Source: Trichoplax adhaerens
Taxonomy: Eukaryota > Animalia > Placozoa
Length of the DNA stretch: 64,000 nucleotides
Direction of reading: 5' to 3'
NCBI RefSeq assembly: GCF_000150275.1
Contig: NW_002060955.1
Coordinates: 974,287-1,038,286, forward strand
Part shown: in pieces, positions 26,501-41,500 of the stretch
Numbering within the stretch: the first letter of the stretch is position 1
How the letters are laid out: the number at the start of each line of letters is the position of its first letter
Program-made: the position numbers and the translations under genes
Notes under the pieces: generated by a model
Seen by the model: only the letters and a program-made list of their open reading frames with translations
Told to the model about the DNA's origin: nothing
Databases searched by the model: none

Positions 26501-29500
26501 TTAGTTCACCAAATATTTCCTAATGATGCAAAAGGCATGGTTGAAAAGTGGCTTCAACAAGTTAGTAGATATTGTTTAACGCATTTTCCTTTCGTATTTC
26601 ACGCCAATTACCCTTAAATTCCGAAAAGAGAAGCTGACTTGTTGTACTAAGGGGCTTATGCTCTCTTATTGTAGGTGGAATTTGCTATGAAGAAAAGTAT
26701 TAGACAAGAGATAGAAGATTCTTTAGCAGATTATTTAGATTCTTCTCGTAAAGAATGGATCCTATTATGGCCTGGCCAAGTTGTGCTAGCTTGTAGCCAA
26801 ATATTTTGGACCGCTGAAGTCTCGCAGGTAGATAGACCTTTCTATTTCGGCTTATTCAGGAATGATTTATTTGTAAATCAGTCAAATTCAGATGAGGATA
26901 TTAAAATTTTCGACTAATACCAAGGTGACGAAAAGTTTCTATAATTAAATTAATTCTTTTAGGCGATTGAAGATAACACAATCGAACACTATTTGCGAAA
27001 ATGTACCAACCAAATTAATGACAGCGTGGAATTAGTTCGCGGAGAACTGACAGCTATGTCACGTACAACTTTAGGAGCCTTAATTGTTGTTGATGTTCAC
27101 GGTGAGCAAAATAATAAAATGGTCTTTTTTTCGTAATATAAATTTCGTTATATCGATAGTATAGTTTCCATAGAATGCGCTACATTGGATTTACCTGCGG
27201 AAGAGAATAATTTTAGGTCTTTAATCGTTAGTTTACTTGCATGGCACATGCCTGACTAGAATTTACTTGATAGTAGTAAATTGTTATTTAGAATTAGTCT
27301 AATGTTGTAATTGCATTACAGCCCGGGATGTGGTAGCCAAATTGAAAGACATGAAAGTATCGTCAATACGTGACTTCCACTGGATTAGCCAAATGAGATA
27401 TTATTGGGAGGAGGAGAATGTGGTTATAAGAATGATTAACACGACTATTCCTTATGGATATGAATATTTAGGAAATACCGGACGATTGGTCATAACTCCC
27501 TTAACTGATCGATGCTACAGGTGATCATAATGAAGCTATTATCCTAAATTGGCTTATTTTCCATGCATAGAATTATTTTGTCATAGATATATTACCTAAG
27601 AAAATTGAATGCTAATAATACTAGTTCATATAAGAATTATAATATCTAATAGGGCCTTTTGCGTTTAATACCGTTTAACTTACAACATGTTTTAAGATTT
27701 TATGCAATCAGAGTAAATTTTTCTAAATTTATTTTGTAATTTAATACAATAACAAGTCAACGATCTTCTTGATTAACAGTGCTGAAATNNNNNNNNNNNN
27801 NNNNNNNNNNNNNNNNNNNNNNNNNNNNNNNNNNNNNNAAAATGAATGCTAATAATACTAGTTCATATAAGAATTATAATATCAGAGTAAACTTTTCCAA
27901 ATTTTTTTGTAATTTAATACAATAACAAGTCAACGATCTTCTTGATTAACAGTGCTGAAATTTAACCAGTTTCGATGAGAATTCTTATTGTTAGTTATTT
28001 AATAGCAACTTGCCAAATTTATATAGAACTAAATTCGACTATCATAAGCACTACCTTTTAGTACTACTTAAAATTCGAATCATTTTATCACCTAATTCTT
28101 ATTATGCAGGAGAATTTTGAGGATAGAATGCCCATCATACATCACCTATTAAAATTATTACAGTTTTACTGATTTAACGATGCAAGCCCTGATGGACTTT
28201 CTTTCTTTACTAGAACTTTAATGGGCGCTTTATCTCTTAATCTTGGTGGTGCTCCTGAAGGGCCTGCAGGAACTGGTAAAACAGAAACATGTAAAGATTT
28301 AGCCAAAGCTATTGCCAAACAGGTTGGTAATCCCCGATGCCATTATAGCGATTTCCTGTTATGTATACAATTCATTTATTGCATTTATAATTTCAAATTA
28401 TTTAAACGAAATCTTCTTTATAAGATGTACAAGCGTTGAACCAATTATAAAAAATAAGATTTTCCAACTCAATATCAATTCTGCTTGAATTTTATACTAG
28501 CATGGAGTTGTTCACCTTGTTTTAATCGTGTGCATTATTTTTAATTTATTAGTGTGTCGTATTTAATTGCTCTGATGGTCTTGATTACAAAGCCATGGGA
28601 AAATTCTTTAAAGGTTTAGCGCAAGCTGGTGCTTGGGCTTGTTTCGATGAATTTAATCGAATTGAATTAGAAGTACTCTCTGTTGTTGCCCAGCAAATAC
28701 AAAGTATTCAGCGTGCGATCTCTGAACAAGTCCAGACATTTGTCTTCGAAGGAACGAAGCTAAAACTAGATCCGTCTTGTACAATCTTTATTACTATGAA
28801 TCCTGGATATGCTGGACGAGCTGAATTACCAGATAATTTAAAGGTAACCAAGGCAGAAGCCATTATCTGATACTCACTGTCTCTACTAAGTGATCAATTT
28901 GATGCATTAGCAATATCCATGATAATCAAAGGACTAAAATGCTTACTGAAATGTCTTCATTCAGGTATTATTCCGTACTGTGGCTATGATGATCCCAGAT
29001 TATGCTATGATAGGAGAAATTGTTCTATATTCAATGGGATTTGTAGACGCAAGAAATTTATCCACCAAAATTGTGGCAACCTATCGTTTATGCTCTGAAC
29101 AGGTAATAATCTTATTTTTTTTCATTTCCACATATACAAACTTTAAAGGATATGCATGGATTGCAGTTATATTAATCGAAAAATTTCAAAAAAACTACTT
29201 TCGTAGCTTTCTTCTCAGCATCATTATGATTACGGTATGAGAGCCGTTAAAAGTGTACTGCTTGCTGCTGGCAATTTAAAATTGAAACATCCTCAAGAAT
29301 CAGAGGATAAGTTACTGCTTCGATCTCTTATGGAAGTTAATTTACCGAAGGTTAGCTTAAAATAGGAATTATGGGTGTTTTAAGACATTTTATAATGCAG
29401 TCCTTTTCTTTACGTTGTCGTAAATTAAATTTTTTGAATATGAGATTTACTCGACTTCTAGGAAGTATCGTAAATAATTGACTCTTGTTTACAGTTTTTA

Positions 29501-32500
29501 GTGCCAGATATAGTATTGTTTGAAGGAATTATTAGCGATCTTTTTCCTGGAGTCATCTTGCAAAATAAGGATTATGGTGATCTACAAGCAGCTTTACATG
29601 ACAGTATAAAGGAACAAAAATTGCAGTCTAACCCTTGGTTTATAAGAAAAATTGTTCAAGTAAATTAAAAACTTATGGTTTGCTTAGAGTTACTTAGTAA
29701 TTAAATTCTTATTTATACGATAAATAACGTAGTAATAGTAGAATATTGTGAATGTATGTTGTCATTTCTTAATACTATGGCTGTCTCTTAAAACCTAAAA
29801 TTTAGATCTACGAGATGATGCTGGTAAGACATGGATTTATGATCGTAGGAGATGCCTTAGGTGGTAAAACATCTGCCATTCGAGTATTAGCACAAGCTCT
29901 GACTAAACTGTATAACACAAAAAGTTCCTTTAAGGAGAATGCTGTAAGTATATGCTTAGTAAAAGTCTTTCAAGCCTAATTTCAGTTGCTAATACACGTA
30001 TTGAACGTTGTCGTTGCCGTAATAATTCAACAGCCATATCAATTTAAATCGAAATTATTCGGATCCTAATTCTATATAGGTTCAATATCAAATCATAAAT
30101 CCTAAAGCAGTTACTATGCAACAATTATATGGTAGCTTTGATCCTGTGTCCCACGAATGGTCTGATGGTAATCATCACTTAGCAATAATATATAAGAATG
30201 ATTAAATCAATAACTTATTCACAAATGTATTTTTTTAAATCTGATGAGGCATATTGAATTTACATTAAAATAATGATCTCATAGCCATAAGAAGAAATAT
30301 TATCAATTGTAACTGTATGCTTAACGCCCTCGTTCGATATTCTTTATTATTATAGGGGTACTAGCAAAGGTCTTTAGAGAACAGGCAGCTTCACTGACAG
30401 AAGACAGAAAATGGTGCATATTCGATGGACCTGTTGACGCTGTATGGATCGAAAATCTTAATACCGTGTTAGACGACAACAAAAAGGTTAGTTTCATGTT
30501 AGAAAAATTAGCAAAAGATTCGATAGCAATCTAAAATAGCTAATTATCTACCTCTCTCGATGTTATTAATGAAAACTTTTAAAATGTATCTATATCGATG
30601 AAACCCATCCTTTCATGTTATCATTTCATTACTTAATAGAGTTTTAGTAACTTTTATTAACAGCGACAATATTAACTAAATCGCTTGGCCTATATTAACA
30701 GCTTTGTCTGATGAGTGGTGAAATTATCCAAATGAGTCAACGGCAAAATATGATATTTGAACCTGCTAATCTTGAACAAGCATCACCAGCAACTGTTAGT
30801 CGGTAAGTAGCAGCTGAAAATTTATTGAATAATACAGATAGGTAGGGATCTACAAGAATAGAACAAGATGAATATATAGATAGACAAAAGTGTATGTTAA
30901 TGGCCACATATATCATTTTTAGATGTGGTATGATCTATATGGAGCCTTCGCAGTTAGCTCCTGCAACTCTGGTGAAATCATGGATTGAGAATTGTTTACC
31001 TAAAACCTTAACTGAGCCTCAAGTCAAAACTGTTGAGGTTAAATATCAGATTTCGCTTTGTAGATATAGCTTTCATCAATTAATGTTTGCTCTATCCCAA
31101 AATGATCATTTCTATAAATTGTATTAACCATATCTTTACCGAATGCTACTGTAGAACATGTTTAGTTGGTTATTACCACCATGTCTGGATTACGTGCAGA
31201 ATTGTCGACAATTTGTTAAGGTTTCATCAATGCATTTGACCATGTCTATGCTTCAGCTCTATGACTGTCTGGTTGAAGAATTAAGGTAAATATATATAGT
31301 AACTTTATCGGATGATATTTTCATGTTGTCGCATATCGAAGTTACTACTTATTTCTTCCATCTTGTTGAATAAGCAAGGCTTACAGAAAAATGAGCACTA
31401 AATTCCATTTTTATATTGACTTTTGAAATAGACACGAACCTCCAAAAAAAGATGAATTAGAAGAAATTATTGAAGAAGAACAGGAATCGAGAGAAAATGA
31501 TGGCGTATCTCCTACGCCCTCCAATATTAATCCTTTAACTCTTGAATCAGATAATATTAATGAGGACGGCAGACCCGATAATGTAGTTCGTGCATGGTTG
31601 CAAGCTTTATTCCAGTTCGCTTTAGTATGGAGCCTCGGAGCGGTTATTGAAGGAGATAGCCGTGCAAAGTAAAAGCGACATCACTACATGGAAATTGGAA
31701 TCTATCTATAATTAATTCTCTTACCATTATTAATAATATCCAATTATTTCTTGTAGGTTTGATGAATGGTTTAAACCATTAGCTGCTGGGACTAACAAAA
31801 ACTTTCCATTGTAAGTTCCAACGATGTCTTAAAATTGATTACATGCACCATTACTGCATCGGAGAGAATTCGATTGATTTTTTTTCCTTAAATGGTGTTG
31901 TAAACTTGATTTCAGACCAAAAGATTTGAAGATGCCGAAAAACATTCAATATCCAAACCGCGGCTCTATTTACGAATATGTATACTTAAAATCTGATGTT
32001 GGTGGAATGTGGAAGAAATGGGAACATACCCGTGAAAATATTCCTATTCCAGCAACAGCCAATGTAAGCAAAATAGGTTGCTTCGTAGATGTATAAAGTT
32101 TTAAGTCCGTAATCAAATTTTTAAGTTGTCAATAACAAAATATAAACGATACTTTGAACTCCTATTAGCTGTATTCGCTACGGTTACTTTGTCAATAATG
32201 TTACTGTAGTTTAGCCCTAAAACCATGATTACTATTTCTTTGGAAATTTTTTAGATTCATGAAATTATTGTTCCAACAATGGAAACGATTCGACAGGAAT
32301 TCTTCTTAAATGAATTCATAAAGAAAGAAAAATCTTTAATGTTTATCGGCCCTACCGGTACGGGCAAAACGGCAGTAGTTATTAACCATTTAATTAACTT
32401 ACCCAAGGAGAGGTACTGATTGGACTAAATTCCTTAATATCCATATAGCTTTTTTTAATTTTCCCAAAATGTTCTTAATTGGTTTCAATGCTAATTCTGT

Positions 32501-35500
32501 CTAATTTTATCCCTAGCTATCTACCAAATAATATCAACTTTTCAGCTCGCACTTCATCATTACAAACTATGGATTTATTCATGTCAAAATTAGATCGGTG
32601 AATATTAATCAATTATAATGAAATAGTACTTGATTAATCATCTGAACTAATGAAAGAATCCTATGATTAATCCAGGCGACGACGAGGTGTTTATGGACCA
32701 ACTCTAAGTAGGAAAATGGTCGTTTTTGTCGATGATGTTAACATGCCAATGAAAGAAAAATATGGTGCACAGCCACCAATAGAGTTACTTAGACAGCTTT
32801 TAGATCATAAGTATTGGTTTGATAGGTAAATACGTATATTAACGCAGTTCAAATGCAACTAGATGGTATTATATGCCGGCAGTATATTATTCACATTTAA
32901 AATTTGAAATTTTTCGCTTAATTTTTTTCACTAATCATTATTCTGCGATTGGTTGTTGCTGTAGGAAAGATAATAGTATCTTAACACCAGTGGATTGGAT
33001 TGTATTGGCAGCTATGGGTCCCCCTGGTGGAGGTCGAAACATGGTTTCATCTCGCTTTCTACGCCATTTTAATATTATCGGAATTGATTCATATGATGAA
33101 ATATCAATGCGGAGCATTTTTCAAGCAGTAACCGATTGGCATTTCAACAGAGGCTTTGAAAATAGTTTGAAAAAATTTTCAAGGGTAAAGTTATAGCGTC
33201 TAGACCCATCTTGAGATCATCTATAATTATTCTTAGTAAATTAAAAGGGAACAGTACTATCAGTTTGGAGTTTTATCAAATTTTAACTATCACATAATAG
33301 AATCATCTATTTTAAATTAATTTCACTTTATATATTCAGTACGGTAGCCACTTGCACTAACTTAAAGTATAATGTGATATAGTGTCTAGACTCATCTTGA
33401 GATCATCGATAATTCTCTTGTGCAAAATTGAACTGTGCATATATATATATAATTATTCATAGTAAATTAAACCGAAATTGTACTATCAGTTTCGAGTCTT
33501 TTTAGGATTTTAACTGATATAGAGTAGAATCATCTACCATAAATTAATTTCGAAGTAGCTAATGGCATTAGCTTCGGTATAATATGTTTACTTATTTATT
33601 CATAGATTGTTGTTCATGCTACACAAATGATTTACCATCTCGCTGTATCCCACTTTCTGCCAACGCCTTCCAAGTCTCATTATGTTTTCAATTTGCGCGA
33701 TTTCGCTCGCGTAATTCATGTAAGTAAATGTATTGACGATAAGTATTAGTGCCTAGGTCGATGCGGCGTTCAATGTAATCAAAGCATTATTAATTTAATC
33801 TTATCTATGAATTTTTGGAGTCTAATAATTTAATGCTAATTCCTTAAATTTCTTAAAATCTACAATTAATTGATATCCTAGGGATTTCTCCTTCTAAAAC
33901 CTGAAGCATTAAATAACTGTAGCAACCCAGCATCGAAAATTGTTCGTTTGTGGGTTCATGAAGTTTATCGCGTATTTTATGATCGTTTAGTCGATGATAA
34001 AGATCGTAAATGTTTCTTCGAGCTCGTTGAGGTGATTGTGTATGAAGTTACCTTAGTATTGTCAAAATTTAATGTATCTCGATATAATAATTATCTAACT
34101 AATCCTAATATAAAATACTTTATCTTGAATCCTCTAGAAATGTGTTGGAATGCAATTTAAACTCAAATTTAAAGAAATATTTTCTCATCTAATTGATAAT
34201 GGCTCTGAATTTACTGATGAAACTCTACGAAAGTACATATTGTAACATTCGCACCATTTCAAATATGAATCAATAATACAATCTTGATTTGAAAATATCA
34301 TTTTAAAGCTGTGCATATATTTATTACGAAATACTAAAATAGTTAAATATTCATGTCTAATGTCTTTAATGGTAGTTTGCTATTTTTGAAATAATGGCTG
34401 GGCTAAGCATAGCTTCAATATATTGTAGCGTTATCGAAGAATTTTCTATACTAATTGCAGCGATAACTATTTTACGAATTCTTTCAAAACATGCACTAAT
34501 GCTGGCCTTGAATTACACAATCAGATTGTATTTTGGTGACTATGTTGATGGTGGCCAAAGAGGATACGATGAAGTAACCGACTTTTCCGAATTGAAGGAG
34601 GTACAGTCTAGCTTAAGTGATATCAGCGAAAACGTTTTTTAACTTAATTATCTTCAAAAAACTTTGCAGTTGAAATTAATATTGAAACTGCTTATCGCAT
34701 ATTTTGATAATTTCTGTTTTAATTTACTATCCTTTATAGACTATGGGCCGCTTTCTGAACGATTACAATTCGGAGAGTAAAGCGCCCATGGATTTAGTTT
34801 TATTTGGATTCGCTATTGAACACATATCGAGAGTCAGCAGGATACTTCTACAGCCGAAAGGCCATGCTCTGCTCGTCGGTAAATGTTATCACCGTTTAAG
34901 CTATTATAATTGTATCGAAACCTTATGGTTATTCCTATATTTACTATAATTATTTCGTTCCTATTGTTTTTGATCGTAGGAATTGATGGTTGTGGTCGGC
35001 GAAGTGTGACTAGATTGGCGGCTTTTATCGCTTCCCATCAAGTTTTTCAAATAGAAGTTACGCGAAATTATTCATTTCACGACTGGAGGGATGATATCCG
35101 TAAAATGTTACAGGATGCAGGTACAAACGGCAAATCGACAGTGTTCCTATTGGCAGACAATCAACTAAAGGCAAGTTTATGTAACTACAGCTATAGTCTC
35201 ATGTCTATCTTACTACTGTAGCAAAAGCGGTATAACATATTTGGACTAGTTTAAAATTTTCGTTTATGACTCTAATATACGGTTTCAATTCAGTTGTTAT
35301 TGTTTATCTACGTGAAACTAATTAAAATAGTATTTTTCATGAGATGTCTAGTAGTTAAAATGATTGCCTCGTAGCACTATAGCAAAAATTAGTTATGTTT
35401 AAGTCAATATTATTAGTCTTCAATTTGGAAATAAATCGGAATAAAACAATATCTGATAAATATGTAGGAAGAATCTTACTTAGAAGATATTAATACATTA

Positions 35501-38500
35501 CTGAATACGGCTGATATCCCCAATCTCTACGATGCAGAAGAACGAGCTGAAATTATAGATAAGGTATAACTGATGTGTGGTAATTTAGCACATGATATTT
35601 AAATTAAGTAACGATTTCACCTAGTGAAAAATAGTAATAGCGAATACTTTGTATGGTGAAATAAATGATTTAGTTCACAAATCATTATTTTCCATCAAAA
35701 TTAGATGCAGAAAGTAGCGCAAGAACGCGGCGTTAAGGTTGAAGTAGCCACTCAGTCCTCTATGTATAATTTATTTATTGAGCGTATTCGTCAAAATTTA
35801 CATATTGTGATCGCAATGAGTCCTATCGGCGATACATTCCGAAATCGACTGAGGATGTTTCCATCTTTAATAAACTGTTGTACCATAAATTGGTTTCAAG
35901 TAAGCTGATATTTACCTTGAAGGATTTGGACCAAAACTTATATACTATTGCGACTATTTCTTTAATTTGGGAATTATTATTGTAATAGGTATGGCCTGAA
36001 GATGCTTTGGAAATGGTAGCTAATTATTATTTAGATGATGTAGAAATGGATTCTAGGATCCGAACGGAAAGTGTTAGCTTGTGTAAATACTTTCATGAAA
36101 GCATTCGGGCTTTATCGAATAGGTATCTTAAGTCATACTTAAATTTGGCTGTTGTTAGTAGAGTAAACACTATAAAGAACTTAAGACTATTTATTCAAAG
36201 TTATCTTTTTAAGCTCATGTAAATAATGAATTTTTGATAGATACGAGGAATCATTGGGACGACATAATTATGTCACACCGACATCCTATCTAGATTTAAT
36301 ACGATTATTTAAGACCCTTTTAGCCAGGAAAAGATTAGATATCCTTACATTAAAAAACCGTTATTTGACTGGCTTGCAGAAACTTGACTTTGCTTCATCT
36401 CAGGTTAGAATAGTACATGCTTTTAGGTGAGCTCCAATAATAATAACTCGGTAAATTAATTTTTATTCTATTTACTGCAATCTAGATATCAGTAATGCAA
36501 ACTGAATTGACCAACTTGAGGCCTGAGCTAATTTATACTAGTGAGGAGACGGAAAAACTGATCGATTATATAAAGGAAGAAAAGATAACAGTAGATGGAA
36601 AAAGAAAAGTTCGTTTATATTTGGAGACACTTATTCTGTTAATTTACTTATCTAATGAAAACCTATTCTTTGGTTTATAACATAACAGTTTGATGCTATA
36701 CTGCTATCGCGTTTAAAATGTTAAATAAAATGTATTCGTAAATGTTCTGAATGTAATCGTACCATTTTCTACAGGTTGTAGAAGCCGAAGAAGCGGTAGC
36801 TAATAAAGCGGCTATGGAAGCACAAGCTATTAAGGTTTATTAGCAGTAACTTAGCAGTAATCCATGGCTATTGTATATTTGTCGATATTGTTAGTAAATT
36901 TTATTTAAATATGATTCAGTCACATATCTATTGATTTGTATTTATAGCAAGATTGTGAGGAAAAACTTGCCGTAGCTTTGCCAGCGCTTAATGCTGCTAT
37001 TTCAGCATTAGATACGTTAAAACAATCAGATATCAGCACCATCAAATCTATGCAAAATCCACCAAATGGTGTTAAACTTGTCATGGAAGCTGTTTGTATT
37101 ATGAAAGTAAGTAATGCTATAATGAATAAATAAAACCATATTCTATGATATCAGAATTCATGATCGTTTATGGTTTCTAGATGCAAAAATTGTGATTAAT
37201 GCGATTATTCTGTAGGGAGTGAAATGCGAAAGACGCCCAGACCCAGCTCAGAACAACAAGCTAGCAGATGATTGGTGGTATACATCTAAAAAAGTGATGG
37301 GAGACTTAAAGTTTTTAGATTCTTTGAAAGAGTTTGATAAAGATAATATTTCAGCTAAGATTATACAGAAGATACGAAATAATTATATTAATAATCCAGA
37401 TTTCAATCCAGATGCTATCAAAAATGCATCGACAGCCGCAGAAGGCATGTGTCGTTGGGTTCGAGCAATGGAAATTTATGATCGTGTAGCTAAAGTAGTT
37501 GCTCCCAAGAGAGCGCGTTTAGCATCTGCCGAGAAAGAATTAGAAACTCAAATGGTACAGCTAGAACATAAGCGAGAAGAACTAAAAGTTGTTGTCGATA
37601 AATTGGATTTACTGAACGACAATTTTGAGGCAAAGATAAATAAAAAACAGGTATTTTGTTTGTGAATAGATACGACGCTTCAGATGAAAGTATTAGTCCT
37701 CTATTTTAAACTAATAAAATTCTCTAATTTATTTATGCAATAGGATTTAGAAGACAGTATTAAAATGACTGGAGAGAAATTAGTTCGAGCAGAAAAATTA
37801 ATTAGTGGATTAGGAGGTGAAAAAGAGAGATGGGAACGATGTGCCAAAGAACTTGGCTATAATTACTTCAATATAGTTGGCGATGTATTACTTTCCTCCG
37901 CTATTATTGCTTATTTAGGCCCTTTCACGGTGCATTTCCGCCAGGTAATTTCCTAATTTAGCGCTTGTAGAATCGTTATCTCTCCATATTAATTCGATTT
38001 TCTCATCAGTTGGAGTAAATAATGTATCTTATGAACAAAGCTAAAGATTTGCATATTTGCACCAATCGTGGACTTTATTTATTAGGAGTGTCTTCAAACC
38101 TGGATTGACTTAGTACGAGGTAGAGATATTCCGCTCTCGCGGCCATTCTCGTTAGAAAAAGCCGTAGGAGATCCAGTAAAAATTCAAACTTGGCATTTAA
38201 CCGGGCTACCAGTAGACAGGTATGTTTCTTTTTTGTCTAGTAACGCTACCTTCTACCAAAATTTATGCTTGCAATCTATTTGACTACTGCAAAAGCCAGT
38301 TCATTATCAGCTGGAGATAATTTAAGTTAAATAAATTGAAATAACTTGAGTAGTTAATAAGGATTATATTTGTACAAAGCAAAGCATGTCTTAACACAAA
38401 TACAAATAAAGGATTTGAAGTTAGCTTCAGGGTATATCACACGGTAGTTTTCACATCAATATCCTTAGGATAGACGCAGCTATGACATATACACACACTA

Positions 38501-41500
38501 TACTTTGAAATATGACGCCCGTTAATAAGACTGTTGGACGATATTTATTGTAATGGAATAGTTCTGGAATTGAAATATTACAACATGCCTATTTTATTAC
38601 TAATAAAACAGTATTCCTGTTTCAGTTTCTCCATCGAGAACGCTCTGATTGTTATGAACACACAAAGGTGGCCACTTATGATTGATCCTCAAAATCAAGC
38701 CAATAAATGGATTAAAAATCTAGAGAAACCAAATAATTTGCATGTAAAAACTTGCACTGCTTTTTATAACATATATTAGCATTCATATAAATCTTGCTTA
38801 TATTGCCTATGTTGCTACTATTATTTAAATTTTTTGATATGTGCTTATAGGTAATTAAGTTGACGGATTCCAATTACATGAGGACATTACAAAATTGTAT
38901 ACAGGTAAATAGCATATTTGCCAATTAATACGGTAATTATTCATTTTCATAGAAGTCATACCATGGTAGCTAAGGAGTGATAGAAACACAATTTTGATAG
39001 CTTAATAGCTTGATTTCGCTATAAAAGCTAATTCATCACTAAAGCATTTTTGTAGCTAGAAATGGATGCGTATTTTCAATTTAGATAGATGATCATAATT
39101 TGATTCGCCGTTGCTTTGCAGTTTGGTACACCAATTTTATTAGAAAATGTTGGTGAAGAACTGGATCCAGCATTAGAACCTCTTTTACTGAAGCTAACAT
39201 TCAAGCAGGCATGTGCTCTAATCTTAGGTTTATAAAATGGTCCTATTTAAATTGCAAATAAACATTTATATATTCAGTCTTGTTTAATAAATTATACCTC
39301 AATTTTCCTGTAAGTTGATTTGCTTATGTAATATCAGTTCTATAGCTTTACATTTTATAAAAAGATGAGTAAGGATATTAGGATTGCTTCTCCTATATAT
39401 TGAAAGTAATCTCATGTTATCGAAATTTGATTTTTTTCATTTTCTAGAATAACATTGACTATATCCGTTTAGGCGACAGTATCATTGAGTATTCGCAAGT
39501 GAGTAACAGCAGGGATAAGTTTTAAAAATACTTAACATAAAGTCCTATACTTTGGGCATTAACTGATTGTTATAAATTTCCTACATGATAGGATTTTCGA
39601 TTTTATATAACATCATGCCTAAGAAATCCACACTATCTACCAGAAGTTGCTATAAGGGTATCTATCTCTGGCCAATTGTAGCGATTGTTAAACACAGCAA
39701 TAAAAAAACTAATACAGTACTTTAATTTTAGGTAAATGTATTAAATTTTGTAATTACTGCGCCTGGGTTGGAAGACCAGATGCTAAGCATAGTGACTGCT
39801 AAAGAAAAGCCAGTGCTAGAAGAAAAGAAAAATGCATTGATTGAAGAAAGTGCTAAAAATCGTAAACAGGTACCTATACTCGTATACTCAGTAGCTACTA
39901 CACAACGAAAGGGACATCTACTTTTCTCCTAAACTTTTCATTGTAAATGTCTATTAGCTGAAAGATATCGAAGATAAGATATTAGAAGTACTTTCGTCTT
40001 CCGAAGGAAATATCTTAGAAGATGAAACTGGAGTTGAGGTACATTTTCAGTTTGTGAAATCAGATTATTAATTCATATGAGATAGAGATGAATATTATGG
40101 AGTAAAATTTCGTATGAGCACGTACGGCATTTTAAAGGAGATTGGTATATAAAATATTTGCATCTAAACTTTCACAATGGGAACATTTAATAAGATATAA
40201 AGAGGATATTCTGATTGATCCTATATTCTCTAACTTAATTGATAATTATAAAATTTCTATCATCAAAGATCCTGTCATCGAGTCGAGTGCTAGCTAGAGA
40301 AATCGCTGATAAAGAGGAAATTACAAGTAGAACTGAAAAGGAAATTGATGAAGCGCGTGAATACTTAAGACCTGTGGGTTTAATTGACTTTGAAACCGCT
40401 ACAAAAATAATAAAATATTCTCTTTGAAGGCACAATAATTACTCATCATTATTCATTCTTTGCTACTCTAGGTGGCTAACCACTCTGCAGTACTATTTTT
40501 TATTATATCTGACTTAGCCAACATTGAACCCACGTATCAATACTCTTTAACTTGGTTTATAAACTTATTTATCAGGGTATTTCTTCTTAAATTGCATACT
40601 GTATACGTAAATCGAGTACTTCTACATTTTGTAGATGGATTTATCATCATTAAAATTTTTGTTAATAATTATAATTAATAAGATATTAATAATCATAATA
40701 TATTGATCGTTTCCGTATCTTAAAGTCTATCCGGGACAGTCAGGGATCAGATGAACTAAACGAACGAATATCAGCATTAAATAAACATTTTACATATAGG
40801 TAGGGTCTAATAGCATTTGTGCTAACCTTTAGTTTAGAAGATGTGTTAAGACTATTGACTTGGAAATAGGTTATTGAAATGAATAAATTTATTTAATATA
40901 TTAATTTTTAATCTTCTAATCCAAATTTAGTATCTATCAGAACGTTAGCAGATCCTTATTTGAAAAGGATAAAATCTTATTTTCTTTGCTGCTTTGCATA
41001 GGAATTGAAAAGAATAGGTTTAAATCTTTTTATGTGTACTAAACATTCCTGTCGTTCTTATTCATTGATTGCGGCTGGTCAGCTAACCTAAATTTGTTTA
41101 AAATTAATTCTTTTATACATTATGTAGCAACGCTTTCAACGAGGGCCAGTGGCGATATTTATTGACCGGCAATATTTCAATTAATAATCCCTATAAAAAC
41201 CCAGCATCCGATTGGCTGGCAGAGAAATCATGGTCAGACATTGTAGGCTGCAACAACTTATCCAACTTTGATGGATTTGTTGAACACTTTGAAGCCAATG
41301 TAAGTCAGTTTTGATCAAAAGCAATATTCATTAAGTTTTAAATAGTCTGTTAATAATTTCATTAAACTTGTATAAGTAAAGAATCTGAAAATATCGTATC
41401 CCTAGACGCCAGCATGGGAGAGCTATTACAATTCAAAGGAGCCTCAGTCAGAGCCATTGCCCGAACCCTGGAATGAAAAACTATCAGAATTTGAAAAACT

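Noticed and set aside
36123-36240. GTATCTT donor as a second U12 intron
   Set aside because: Mismatch in the U12 5' consensus and no CCTTAAC-like branch site near the acceptor.
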